Part shown: in pieces, positions 48,980 to 61,990 of the stretch | How the letters are laid out: each line of letters starts with the position of its first letter | Numbering within the stretch: position 1 is the stretch's first letter | Assembly (NCBI GenBank): GCA_030704615.1 | Contig: CM060732.1 | Location: forward strand, 62,310,001-62,374,000 | Origin: Takakia lepidozioides | Lineage: Eukaryota > Plantae > Bryophyta | DNA: 64,000 nt | Direction: 5' to 3' | Translations under genes and position numbers: made by a program | The notes under the pieces: generated by a model | Told to the model about the DNA's origin: nothing | The model's database searches: none | Seen by the model: only the letters and a program-made list of their open reading frames with translations

Positions 48980-50333
48980 AAAGTTTGTTCCTTAGTTAGT
49001 TAAGATGGAAGGCACATTTGCGGAAATGGTCGTCACATTGCAAAGTCTTCAGTTCCAGATACAAGAACTTCGTACCTCTACCACCCAATTGCAAGCTGAT
49101 CAGTCTCAAGATCTTGACAACGCTCTCCACAATTTGCAATAACAAATTTCAGAGGTGAAGGAGTCGAACAATGGATCTTCAACCATACGAGTCCGTACAG
49201 CAACAGCTCCTACTGCAACGGTTCCTCTTCAACAGATTACGAGAGAACCAAAGATCAGCATGCCCGAGAAATTTGATGGGACGAGATCAAGATTTCGCGA
49301 TTTTGTTCAACAAGTACGACTGTTCCTACGACTACATCCACAACACTACCCCGATGAAGGTATTCAAGTGGGATTCGTGGGCACCTTTCTATCAGGCACT
49401 GCCCTATCTTGGTTTGCATCGCTATTAGAAAAAAATTCGTATTTATTATATAATTTTGAAGCATTCATGTCCGAGTTCACTGCAACGTTTGGAGAGAATG
49501 ATAGAGAGAGAGTTGTAGAGACAAAGATGCGAAATCTTCGACACGAGCATGTCTTGCTTCCGTTTATGCTGCCGAATTTCGACAACTTGCGTGCGACCCC
49601 GACTGGAATGAGAAGAGCCTCATTAGTCAGTTTCGATGTGGGCTAAAAGAGGATGTAAAAGATTTGTTGCTGACAATGCCAAATGTGAGCACACTGAGTG
49701 AATTCATCATCCAAGTCATTGCATGCGATAATCGTTTGTTCGAAAGACGTCAAGAGAAGCGATCTGGATGGTCGACGACCCATCATGCCGCTGCTACTAC
49801 GGCACCAAACACAACGATCCATCAGACATCCGGTAGTGATCCTATGCAGATTGATGCTGTTCGATTCAAGCCATTGACGCCACAAGAAAAACAAAGATGA
49901 CGCTCGAATGGATTATGCCTCTATTGCGGAGAAGAAGATCACATAGCATTAAACTGCCCCAACAAGAGAAGATTCAAAGCTCGGGGTGCAACTCAAGTAT
50001 TCGATACGAGGAGGTCGGAAAACGAAGATGTCCAGTCACAGTAGGGACCATGCGGCTGGACACCACAAATTCCTCACCGAAAAAATGTTTATTTCTACCT
50101 CCAGACCCTGCACCTTGCTTCACAGTTCCGGTAAAAATCAAAGTGCAAAATCAAGATATCTCTGTAGAAGCACTTTTGGACTCAGGGACTTCAGCTTATT
50201 TTATGGACAAAAACTTTGCGAAGCAACACAATTTAACGCTCGTAAAAAAGAAACTCTCGGCCCCCGTTGAAGTCATCGATGGACGACTGTTAGCATCAGG
50301 AAATGTGGACCATGAAATTCGACCACTTGAAGT

Positions 50334-51463
50334 CACTACAACAGATGAGCGTTTTTATGACTGCACATATGACTATTTTTTCAGTCCTATATGCGTTCAT
50401 GACTATATCACTCTGCAGTGAAAAAAACCCAATCATAACGACTAGTCTTTAGGACTGCGTTTTGCAAGTCATAGCCGTGACTGCATGCGTGGCTCCTGGA
50501 GTCATGCTGTAGAGAGGATGTAGTCACAACTATATGATTTATATATGACTAACTATATGACTACATGTCTATAAAGTATAACTCCATTGGAGAGGCGTCA
50601 GAGAGACATATGTAGCACTCCGGATGTGACACGTGTCCACATGGACAATATATATGACCCACACGTGGGAAAGAATATCGTATCATATAATGCCACGTTG
50701 CCATGATGTAGTCATGAGTATATAACTTCATGACTAAAGAGGTTTTTTAATAGTATTTTAATTTAATAAATTAAATCATACATAATATTTAGATTATTAA
50801 TTAATGTAAATTCTCATTAGGTATCTAGGAAAATAGAATGGAAGCCATTGTTGTCTTTTTTTATTATTTTTATTTTTGTTAACAAAGAGGGACAGTGGGG
50901 ACATTGGCCTCTAGAACTTTATAGGTAATGGACATAAAATGTCCTTGGATACGAAGAGGAAAAATAACCTCTGGATAGAGCGCCATAGAGGCTGAAAGAG
51001 GAAGACACAGCTTCGCGTACCAAGACAAGAAAGAGTAGTAAGAAGGAAGGCAAGCAAAGAAGGGGGTCTGCATAGAGCTAAAGAGTCTAGCAGGAAAAGA
51101 GACTGCAGCCAGAAACTACTGCCATAACTTGGAAACAGAAAGACATCGAGCTAAGCAGAAGAACTGAAAATCAGCTAACAATGTCATAAGAAAGCTTGGC
51201 CCTAGGCCTAGCCTTCCACTTCCTAAAAGATCTACAGATGGAGACACATCCCTGCAGGGGTCATGCTCTTCAGTTCAAGACCAACCAATTGATCATCTAT
51301 CCATGCAGGTTTCTTGTAGCTATCCTTCCACAGGGAATCATATGTAATCTGGAGATTGAAATCCGGCCCTCTTGGATGAATCTGGACCCATGCACTCTAT
51401 CCCTGCTCCTTCAGCTATCCATGCCTCTGCACAAATCATGTATATATGTATCATGTATCAGAG

Positions 51464-51504
<41 letters not shown>

Positions 51505-54500
51505 TTACCATGTCACATTCCCAATCTCTGGGGGGAGCTTAAGAATACAGTTCGTAATAAAAAAAGCCCTTTAAAAATACTGGCTTGGTAATTCTTGGGT
51601 TTAAATAGCTTAAACAAGTATGTTGTAAGCTCAACAGGTCTTTGAGAAAACCATTCCAGCAGGCCTAAGAGTGAGAGCTTTGATGAAAACAATTCCCTAT
51701 TACAGCTTTAAATGACTTGTATGTTTCTAAAAGCACAAGCTGAACTGATTGTACTTCCATAAGTAGATGCACGGCTATGGTATGTATCCCAGGGCCTTAT
51801 CCAGTCACTCTGCCAAGTTTTAGAGAGATCCTCAAAAATACCAGTCTGTAATCAGGTTATAATCTCCATGGGGGAGCCTGAAAGAATGTATGTGTTCTTA
51901 AAAAAGCTTACCCAATGCCTTACTTAAATACATTCTAAACTGGTGAGGCATAAACAGCACTGTCTGACTCTCCAAAAGGCCAGAAAACAGGTCTGGAAAA
52001 ATGCATCCAATGTCATACTTGCATCACCAATCCCTTGTCATCACAACCAGCCCGAACCTTCACAATAAGGTCTGATTTCTAGGAGGCCCAGCCCATTTAC
52101 TTCCCTGACTTAACAGATTTGGCTACCAAGAACCAGAAATCAAAGTAAAGGTTTAAGGCATATCCCCCTTAAAGCAGCTTTGAAGCAGAAAATTGCAACA
52201 ACGGCAGCTTGCAACATATCTTATCCCTCCTGCAGTAACCAGATCATCTGCAAGCCAAAGAGTTCATGCCAAGTGAAATCCCTCACCTGCGCCCGTCCCA
52301 AAAACAAACACAAAAAATGTTTTGTGCGTTAGTGAGGATGCGCGAGGTGAATTACAGGATTTCACAGTTGCTATCCATGTCAGGTATGAGCCATAAAGCA
52401 TGCAAAGATCACAGAACCAGCAGAAGAAAGCATAGATGTGACACCACAAAGAACCTCAATCTTTAGTGGAGTAGGACGCTGCAGTGTTCATCATCTGAAT
52501 TTGAACGAGCACAACAGAATGCAATGGGAGGAGAGTTGAGGACAGGTTGTATCTTGTAATACAGGCCGCTTCCCCACCTCCATAACCGCCGCTGCTTCAT
52601 CAATGAGGAAAAAACGTAGGCAAACATAACAGTATGTCATTTGCCATCGCGGGAGATGAAAGTGTCTGCCGTCATCGCGCGTTCAAAAAACAAGAACACA
52701 CCCGTTCGGATCTTGCTGCTCGGGCATTCAGCCGCCATCGAGCATTCGTCCGCCATCGCCCTCTTCCAGAGAAAAAAAACACGCACGATATCGTGCTGTG
52801 TCTAGGGCAGAGAGACACTTAAAGGAAAACCACCCGTGATTTCATCCACCATCCGGTATGGATGGTATCAGACCAGGATGAAAAATGGGCATTCAATAGG
52901 TTTAAATCAAAGGAGCATAAACCTAAAATGCATTGAAATGCATATCTGCTTGTAAATCATCCAGTTATGGTTATAACAGAAATTTCATTCAGTATGGATG
53001 AAACCTTAAAAACCCTCTTGGATGAACCTGGACCTCTATCCCTGGTCCTTTAGCTACCCCTGTCTGTGTACAAATCATGAATACTTGCTGCTAGCAGCTG
53101 ACACTGACGGCGTGAAGTTCTTCCAGCAAACCCCAACCCTAATTATTACAGTAGTTCTAATTCTAAATTGCATCTACTTCTCTCTAGTGTAGTCCAACAT
53201 GCATTCACCTTTTTGTCTCCATTGTCTCGCCGTTGACTGGGGTCGGAAAAGTGTTCATTCCAAAGTTTTTCCTCATCTCTATTACCTGTTTTTGGATACT
53301 TTCATGCTGCTAAACAGAGCAAAACAGGCTGAAATAGGTCAAAGAAGAAGGTATCCTCACCACATTGTCCTTTACCTTGTATCATGACCCATAGAGGATT
53401 TGACCGACCATCAGCCCAAAAGGACCCCTTGTGTGTGCTGCTTGTATCTGTAGTCAGGTAATGTTGGATTGGTATGTGAGATCGAACCACCACGGTGCAG
53501 CTGAGCAGGCAGAGATTGAAACACGGCTTGCTAAGACCAAGCTGACTCTCCCAAGAACGGCGAGCGTCTCCTCGTCTCGTCTCTCTCCCAAAAACGGCGA
53601 GCTCACAAGAATGTTGGGATCTTCTCCTCGTCTCGTCTCCTCCTCCTCTTCTCCTTCCTGCATCATTTGCTCAAGAGTAGGAAGGTCTGCAAAGCCTCCA
53701 TCCCACGCCCCTGCATATCCTACGATTATCGCGTTCCATGACACAACATCAAATAGATGGTGAAACGCAGGAGACAAAAAAGCCTAAGTCCCAGCCCGGT
53801 GTAAAGTTCGGCGGTGTAATCCTAAACCGTTAGATCTTAAACAATCTAGACCGTTAGATCCTGTAAAGTCTAACGATTCAAAATAATTTCCATCACATGA
53901 TGTAACCTTGTACAACCACGTATTTTAATCTCATATATCTTGCGATCCTTGTTAAGCCACGTCCATCCAGGTCCAATTTATTGAACAGATATCAAATCGA
54001 CACACCGTATAGGCGGATGGATGAACCCATCCATTGAATGAATTCATTAATGTATATGCCTTTTAAATGACATGTGTAGTGATGTAGTCATATATATAGA
54101 GTTATGAAACAATTTGCAGTAAGGGACTCATAAGTTTACATGCCATGTCATCGATGGATAAACTCATCCAATGGATGAATACATTCATGTATGTGCTTTC
54201 AAAATAACACGTGTAGGGATGTAGTCGTATAAATAGAGCTGTAACACCATCTTCAGTCATGGAGTCACAAGATTCCATGAAACATCGTCCACGTCTAGTC
54301 AAACATATCACACTAGTCATAAAACCATCATTGTCATCACGGTCAGCAATGTTTGACCAATGCTCCCTAATTTTCCGGAGTCATGTAGTGATATCCATTA
54401 CTATAAAGTGATAAAACTATGACTGCAACGCATTTCAGCGCTCTATAGTCGTGTACCTAGTGCTGTTTTTATGACTCCGCCAAATCCGTAGTCCTAAAAA

Positions 54501-54518
54501 CGCTCATCTCTTGTAGTG
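50334..54518. mobile_element. Non-autonomous CACTA (Pack-CACTA), 4185 bp
   Basis: TIRs CACTACAACAGATGAGCGTTTTTA and TAAAAACGCTCATCTCTTGTAGTG; 3-bp TSD AGT (50331-50333 and 54519-54521); ATGACTA/TAGTCAT subterminal repeats; splits the Ty3 protease; no transposase visible. Confidence 0.95.
53085..53760 (-). pseudogene. Captured PPR and PDF-motif fragment inside the CACTA
   Basis: DVVSWNAIIVGYA (~53750); 53085-53545 is an inverted homologue of ~41965-42415. Confidence 0.7.
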
Positions 54519-57500
54519 AGTGAAGCTTAAAGATCAAGCATCACATATTGTTTTCAACGTCATCCAGTCTTCAACGAATCCTGTGATCCTTGGACTTCCC
54601 TGGTTCGTACTTCACAATCCTGACATCGATTGGCGATCGCGAAAAATTTCTGCAAGACAAAAATGTAGAAATATCAAAGGTATTCAACCCCTGTTCCTTG
54701 GAGCTAGAGCTTTCATGAGAGCTACAAAAAAGGATGTGGCATTTGCACTTTATGCGACTCCGATCAAGACCACAACAGACAAAGGTACTTCAACATTACC
54801 CGCTCAATATCAAGATTTCAAGGATGTCTTCGAGAAGAAAAATGCAGACATATTGCCAGAACATCGACCTTATGATTGTGCAATTGAGTTACAAGAAGGA
54901 GCCCAACCACCATTCGGCCCAATCTATAACTTATCCCAAACGGAGTTGGCTACATTACGTGAATACATTGATGAAAATTTGTCGAAGTACTTCATCCAAC
55001 ATTCAAAATCACCTGCGGGGGCGCCTATCTTGTTTGTGAAAAAGAAGGACGGATCATTACGCATGTGTGTAGACTATCGCGGTCTCAACAAAGTCACAAT
55101 TAAGAATCGTTATCCGTTGCCGCTGATTTCTGGGCTTCTCGACCAGCTGGGACGAGCGAAGATTTTTTTACCAAAATTGACTTGAGATGAACTTATAACC
55201 TTGTACGGATAAAAGAAGGAGACGAATGAAAAACAACTTTTCGAACAAGGTATGGACATTTTGAATACAATGTTATGCCTTTCGGTCTTACAAATGCTCT
55301 AGCAATTTTCCAACATATGATGAATGACATATTTCAAGAATTTTTAGATGACTTTGTAGTCATCTATTTAGACGACATTTTGATATTTTCACAGAAAAAG
55401 AACATGGCCACCATGTACGCCTTGTCCTTGATAAATTAAGAGAAAAAAAACTATATGCCAAGTTGGAAAAATATCTTTTCCATCAATCTGAGGTCGAATT
55501 TCTGGGCTACATTATTTCCGACAAAGTCGTCTTTATGGATCAGAAGAAAATACAAACCATCATCGAGTGGATTAAACCAACTTCGGTCCGAGATGTACAA
55601 TGTTTTCTGGGATTTGCAAATTTCTATAGAATCTTCATTAAGGACTACTCCAAAATTGCTGCACCGTTGACACGACTCACAGGGAAGGACAAATTTGTAT
55701 GGGACGAGAAGGTTGACCAGACATTTGAAAGGCTGAAGCAGACATTTACAACGGCTCCAATACTGATACATGCAGACCCATCTAAACCATTCTTATTGAA
55801 AATAGATGCATCGGACTTTGCACTTGGCGCTATACTCTCTCTATACGGTACGAATGACCGACTTCATCCTGTTGGTTTTCGTTCTCGCAAATTTTCCGCT
55901 GCACAGATCAATTATGAAATCCATGACAATGAACTTCTAGCGATCATCGATGTTTTTGAGGAGTGACGTTATCTACTGGAGGGAGCTAAACATCAGGTCA
56001 GTGTCTACACCGATCACAAAAACCTCGAATATTTTATGAGTGCTCGTGTTTTGAATTGACGTCAAGCCAGATGAGGTATGTCACTAGTGAGGTTTAATTT
56101 TGTTATTACCTATCGCCCCAGACATCTTCAAGGGAAACTCGATGCTCTTTCTCGACGATCGTATCTTGCGCCGAAAAAAAAGGACACAATTTTCGACCAA
56201 CAGAAATCCATCATCATGAAACCAGCAAATCTCCAATTGAATATGCTATCCATGTTTACCTATGATGATGCAGAGATCATAAAGGAGATTCAGGAAGCAC
56301 TGAAGAACGACCAATTTGCTATGACACTACGAAGTCAACGAAATCGACCTCGAGACAACCCACATGTTACAAACAACTTCGAATTCAAAGATGACTTACT
56401 TTATTTCAAGGGACTTCTCTATGTACCTCCAGGACCTACACGATTTCGAATTCTTCAAACATGTCATGATCTTCCGGCTGCAGGACATTTCGGCTTCAAC
56501 AAAACAATGGAATTGATATCCATGGACTATTGGTGGCCGCAGATGTGAAAACTCGTGAAAGAATTTATAAAATCTTTGGACATGTGTGCTAGAGCGAAGG
56601 GACCACGACATCGACCTTACGGCCTTCTTCAACCATTACCCATTCCCAAGGGTCTATGGTCGTCCGTGTCTATGGACTTTATTACGGACCTTCCAATTTC
56701 CAAGACCAGTGATTCAATCCTTGTTATTGTAGATCGTTTTACGAAGATGACACATTTCATTCCATGTAATAAGACGGTTACCGACGAGGAAACTGCAAGA
56801 CTCTTCCTCAATAATATCTACCGCATTCATGGACTCCCGAAGGACATCGTATCTGATCGATGACCACAGTTCATATCAAATTTCTGGAGGGGATTATTTC
56901 ATATATTGGATACTAAGATCAACCTCTCTACTGCTAATCATCCACAGACTGATGGTCAAACTGAACATGTAAACCAGATTCTGGAACAGTATCTTCGCTG
57001 TACGATAAATTATCACCAAGATAATTGGACGGACCTTCTGTCATTGGCTGAGTTTGCCTACAACAACACTATACATTCTTCGACCAAACAAACTTCATTT
57101 TTTTCCAATTATGGTCATCATCCTCAAGCAAACCCTTTCCACATGAAGACTGTTGGAAGCCTTGCTGCAAAAAAACCTTGCTACTCATCTTGCTACGATT
57201 CACAAGAAGCTTACATTCCACTTCGGAAGCTCAAAAACAATAAAGGAGTATGCAGATCAACATCGTCAACTCCAACCCCAGTTCAAGGTCGGAGATCGTA
57301 TGTGGTTTCTTCGACCGGACATACAAACCTTACGTCTATCAAGGAAGTTGGATTATCAACGCCTGAGACCATTCAAAATTATTCGACAAATAAATCCAGT
57401 CAGTTTTCGGCTTGAACTCCCACGAAGTATGCGCATCCATCCAGTTTTTCATGTTTCATTATTGGAGTTGTATGTCTCCATACCACCTCCACCAATCGAA

Positions 57501-59040
57501 GTCAATCAGAAAATTGAGTATGAAGTCGACGAAGTCCTAGACTCTCGCATCAAATATAAACGTCTTGAGTATTTCGTACATTGGAAAGGCTACGACATCA
57601 ACGAACGAACGAACGTAGGAACCTTCATCCAACCTCACCAATGCATCTGACAAAGTCCAAGAGTTTCATCAACGATATCCAGCTAAGCCCCGAGCTACAC
57701 GTCAATAAGATGTCACAACGATGATGTTAGCCAAGTTAGCTTCAAGGTGAAGACTCCACATTCAATGTATCTAATACACGCTAAGGAGGGATGAGCACCA
57801 CATATCAGTATATATAGCTATACTTCCAGCACTCTTGCATCTTGTATTGACAGCATGAAGTCACAGGAACCAAATACATTGGAGTTGTCACTTACCCAAC
57901 TATCAGATCAGCCGTTCCGACTCTCACGACCTTCAACATCACGCCGACGCTCTTGAGACGATGGGCCACCAATGTGACGCGTACTTCATCGTCTGGACCC
58001 CGTACGACGGCAAGTGGAACCTACTCGAAGTTTGATAATTCTATTGGAGGTTGAGGCTTCGGACCCAGAGGGCAATGAAATCATGTTTGAAGGCAGTTTC
58101 GAAAATCAGAATGCTCAAATCACTGCGTGGTCCTAAGTTCAAGGTGTTGAACACTATCGATGGTTGCAGGAACATATAAATCATTTGAGTCAAGAATGAA
58201 GAGCCGAATACTTGGCAAGTACCATTCGTCGGATTTTGGATTTTCTCCAACTCTAAGCAAGTCCAAGATTTTACCGCTCCTCAAGGAACTCGGCGCTAGA
58301 GGAGGGGGTGATCTCACGAACAAAGCCCAGAAGCATTTACTAGGAGTAAATACCAGAAGTTACCAAGTTACTGGAAGTTATCATGATTTACTGGTATGAT
58401 CTATCATATTTTATCATTAGTTACCAAATTACCGAGAGTTTACCAAATTACCAAGAGTAACTTGGAAAACTACTAAGGAAGCTTCATTTTGAGGAAACTT
58501 CTCCATCAAGATACCTCCTTTGTTTAAAGAAGTTTCTCCATCAAAAAACCTTTGTTTAATCTTGGAAACTTCTCCATCAAGAAACCTCTATAAGGGAAGC
58601 TTCTTAGGGAACTTCTTAGTAGCCAGTATATATAAGAGGCGAGACTGAACACTCTTCAATCTCGCCAACACAAGTTCAAGCTACTCTTGTTCCTTGTCCC
58701 AGTACTCTAGTCCAGCTTCCAGTACTCTAGTCCAGTTTCCAGTATCTGGTAACCTAGTCCAGTTTCCAGCATTCTTGTATTCGAGTCGAGTTCCAGTACC
58801 TTGTACTCTTGTCCATTGTTATAAAGATCATCTTGATTCATGTTTACCCACCATGCATTTGACCACGCCGACCTTGACTTCTTGTCTAATCTTGTACCTC
58901 TAGTCTGATCTCTTGTTTGTGTTCAGTCATGTTCTCGTCCTTGACAGTTGGAGCCAAGAACCAGGAAAGCCCCGAACATGTATGGAGACTAGTTTTATCC
59001 TGGTCGGCATCATGCTTGTGTTGCCAACTATGATGGCCAC

Positions 59041-59646
59041 TTGTCTGAGGAGCCAGATAGCTATGACACAACGCTAAATTGTAGCGAAAGCAATGAGTGG
59101 AAAAATGTTATGGTGGAAGAGTATCAATCACTCTTGGAGAATGGGACTTGGCAGCTCGAGCCTCTGCCACCTGGGAGAAATAATATTTACTGTGATTCAG
59201 ATTATGCTGGAGATATTGATGACAGGAAATCTCGATCAGGGATTGTGCTACTTCTCAACGGAGGTCTTGTTTGGATGAGTCGAAAGCAACCATGCACCTT
59301 TGGGAGCACTACGGAGTGTGAGTACATTGCAGGGGCAATGGCCACGAAAGAGGTCATATGGCATCGCAGGCTTCTCCAAAGCATTGGATGCCCCCAGCCT
59401 CACCCCACCCCTCTCTACAGAGACAACCAATCAGCCATACGGTTGGTACAGAATCCGGAATTTCACCGGAGGACGAAGCACATAGATGTGGCTTTCCAAA
59501 TTATCAGAGAGCATCAGGAAGAGGGCCATATCGACATTCGTTATGTGCCTACAATCAATCAAGTTGTTGATGTGCTTACCAAGCCACTAGCAACTGACAA
59601 ATTCAGCAAATGCGTGGACTACAGCCAGCAGCTTGAGATTTTTTGA
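59041..59646 (+). pseudogene. Copia RT N-terminus fused in frame to RNase H (RT core deleted)
   Basis: EEP...WKNVMVEEYQSLLENGTWQLEPLPPGRNN|IYCDSDYAGDIDDRKSRSG...STTECEY...DNQSAI...HRRTKHIDV; no YVDD region. Confidence 0.85.
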
Positions 59647-60315
59647 AAGCTACACGCCTACGTTACTTAAGATGAGTGTGTTACCGTTGAGGGAGTGTTG
59701 AATGGGATGTTTTCTGCAACTCCAACACACTAGATCAGCTCTCTAGATCAGTGCCAGCTTTGTAGGATGTCACCGCTACACCACCGCACCTTCTAGCGGT
59801 TACTTAACTAGGGCTCCTACAAATTAGCAATACTATCAAGCCACTGCAGCTCTATATATAGCTCAGCTAGTATGGAGCGAACTCTCTCTCATATTGTTAT
59901 ATGCAATTAGCCTCATGATGGTTTTTGGCGAAAAGACACTTCAAGGTTAATCTAGCTTTGTCTGCAAAGGGTGTAGTGGTGTTGATTGCACTAGTTTGTT
60001 TGCTATGTAGAGTTTGTGTCATGTATGTCTCCTCTTTAGTGAACTTGCAACCACTACATTTAACACGAGGTGCATTTTGTAAACATCACGGAAGTGAACA
60101 TCTCAACGAGTGCAGCTGACAACCCAAACAACACAAGCTGTCGAAGCTCAATTGATATATTGCATCGTAGTCCTATACAAGTGTCAACTGTCGAGTCCCA
60201 GCATTTCTCTACAGAATGTACACAATTTGGACAATAGAAAATCCTCGGTTTTACGCATCAATCTGTACAGTGTACATAGTCCCTGGCACGATGACTAAAT
60301 CTGATGGCATGCAAG

Positions 60316-61385
60316 TTACATTTGTCCGAAGACGGGGGCATGGAGGAACAGCTCAGTGACGATGAGAGAGAAGAAGCCGATCATGGCTAGACGACCATTC
60401 CAGCGCTCAGCCAAAGCGTTGAAGGGACCGAAGCTTCGGGCGTCGGTGGATTCTCCATTCATGATTGGCACCAAGGACGCGTATGTGAGCAGTTGCACAG
60501 CCATCAAGAAATATATGAGGCCGGTAGTTCCGGGGTTGAACAACTGCTCCAGCACTGTCAATTCGGTCATCTTCTCCGCAACGGCCGCCCACACGAATCC
60601 CACCATAGCCTGCAATGTGCCACCGAAGGAGCCTTCAGCTACAGCTGTGTCAAGCATTGATGTCAGACTGGGGTAACTTATTCAGCTATGTACGAACCTC
60701 GCATTGGATTTTAACGATTGAAGTCAAGCCTGAAGATTCTTTTGTCATGCTCAAAACCCACTTCCCGCTCCACTATCCCGCGTGCATAAAAGGTGGGTGT
60801 CTAGAGTAGATGAAGTGGAAGCTTGAAGATCGACGCCAGATTCGATATTGACCTTCATATTGAGAAGTCGATCGTAGAGGCGACTACAGTTACTACATAG
60901 AGCTCGGGACAGTTTTAAACTGGACATTTGTGAGGGGCTAGAGACGAGAACTTATCAGAATGATCATAGCTTACCAAACGTCCATTGATTGTCTCGGGCG
61001 CGGCTCCATCGAATGCAAACACGCCTGAAAATCCCTTGCTTCCTGTCTCGGGCCTCCTATCCACTTCAGGGCGTGGATAGAGCGACCCAGAGTTCGGCTT
61101 CGCTCCAAACACTGACCGCTTCTCCGATTCATTAGTTTCTTGGTTGGTAAGTATCTCATCCCTGGTGATGTCTTTCTTGGTGACCTTGTCGACTGCGTCC
61201 TTCACACCTGCCAATGGTCCCTCACCAGCCTCGCACCGCACTCTTCCGGCAAGGGAGGTCAGTAACCTGGGAGACCCTGCAGCTAACCGTGCGCTTCCTA
61301 ATTTCCTAATCCTAGTGGACTGGATAGGCAAAGCCTGGAGGCCTCCAAGCTGGACAGTAGCAGTGTGCGACATTGCGGCTGCCAT
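60316..61385 (-). CDS. ELIP: Early light-induced protein (LHC superfamily), chloroplast-targeted, 234 aa, 2 coding exons
   Basis: Exons 61385-60975 and 60609-60316, phase 0: transit peptide; FAFDGAAPETINGRL|AMVGF; ASLVP; AERWNGRLAMIGF. A probable 5' UTR intron at 61613-61386 (GTAAGT...CAG|ATG). Confidence 0.93.
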
Positions 61386-61739
61386 CTGCTCAAGTCAGAC
61401 AACAAATACAGAACTGCAAATGCTGGATCAAGGCAGGTAAGTGAGGAGAGTGACTTGTTGAAGCTGACGAGATGAGAAAGTGCAGACGGGGAGTAGCACT
61501 CGAAGAATGTTGCGGTGGATGTTCAGAATGACTCGAGAGTTGGAGACGATGCATTGCAATGAGACGGAGCAGAAGTATATAGAGAATGTCAGGGTCAGGT
61601 GAAACCAACTTACTTTGCAGATCACTTTGTGGACGTTTCATTGAGTAAGGAATCCAACACGTAGAATCTGTGCACTTTCACGAGAGTAAGAAAATGGATG
61701 GTCCTGTCTCGATGGATTCAACACTTTCGGTTGGAGCAT

Positions 61740-61990
61740 TTTCCCACGCGTCCGCCCAGTTTTGCAGAAGCTGAATGTTGAGGAGGTGAGCGGCCACGTA
61801 GCGAGTACACTTTACACATGGCCCGCCCCGCATTTTAGTGATTGCTCGACTTGTCTCTGCATTTATGAATCCCTCCGGACAGGGTTTGTAACTGACTTGT
61901 TCTTTGGAGCACAGCTTGCTTGGCTTGATAGAAAGAGTTCAGATCTCACCGTCAGAACGCTCACCAAATCAGCAACGACACGTGCTTCAC
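61740..61990 (-). promoter_or_regulatory. ABRE/G-box-like motifs upstream of ELIP
   Basis: CCACGCG (~61744), GCCACGTA (~61793) and ACACGTG (~61978). Confidence 0.35.

Larger units (their letters stand above)
48328..58946 (+). mobile_element. Full-length degenerate Ty3 chromovirus (Tcn1/Tf1-like, self-priming), interrupted by a CACTA
   Basis: LTRs 48328-48966 (TGTCAC...TTGACA) and 58312-58946; TSD GCTGG/GTTGG; gag EPKISMPEKFDG; protease ALLDSG; RT YLDDIL; RNase H DASDFALGAIL; integrase; chromodomain EYEVDEVLDSR...YFVHWKGY; PPT AGAGGAGGGGGTGA. Confidence 0.95.
45157..60065 (+). mobile_element. Ty1/Copia retrotransposon, degenerate, interrupted by a nested Ty3 element
   Basis: 5' LTR 45157-45530 (first ~28 bp missing) and 3' LTR 59696-60065 (TGTT...AACA); PBS GGTTATGGGCCC; gag with CFKCGKTGHWKREC; protease WIIDTGA; GAG-pre/integrase LWHRRL...IHTDLCGP...LRSDRGGEF; RT start and RNase H at 59041-59646; PPT TTGAGGGAG. 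Confidence 0.93.

Noticed and set aside
57700-58310. Possible extra ORF in the Ty3 3' UTR
   Set aside because: Only short interrupted frames (58041-58399) with no recognisable domain.
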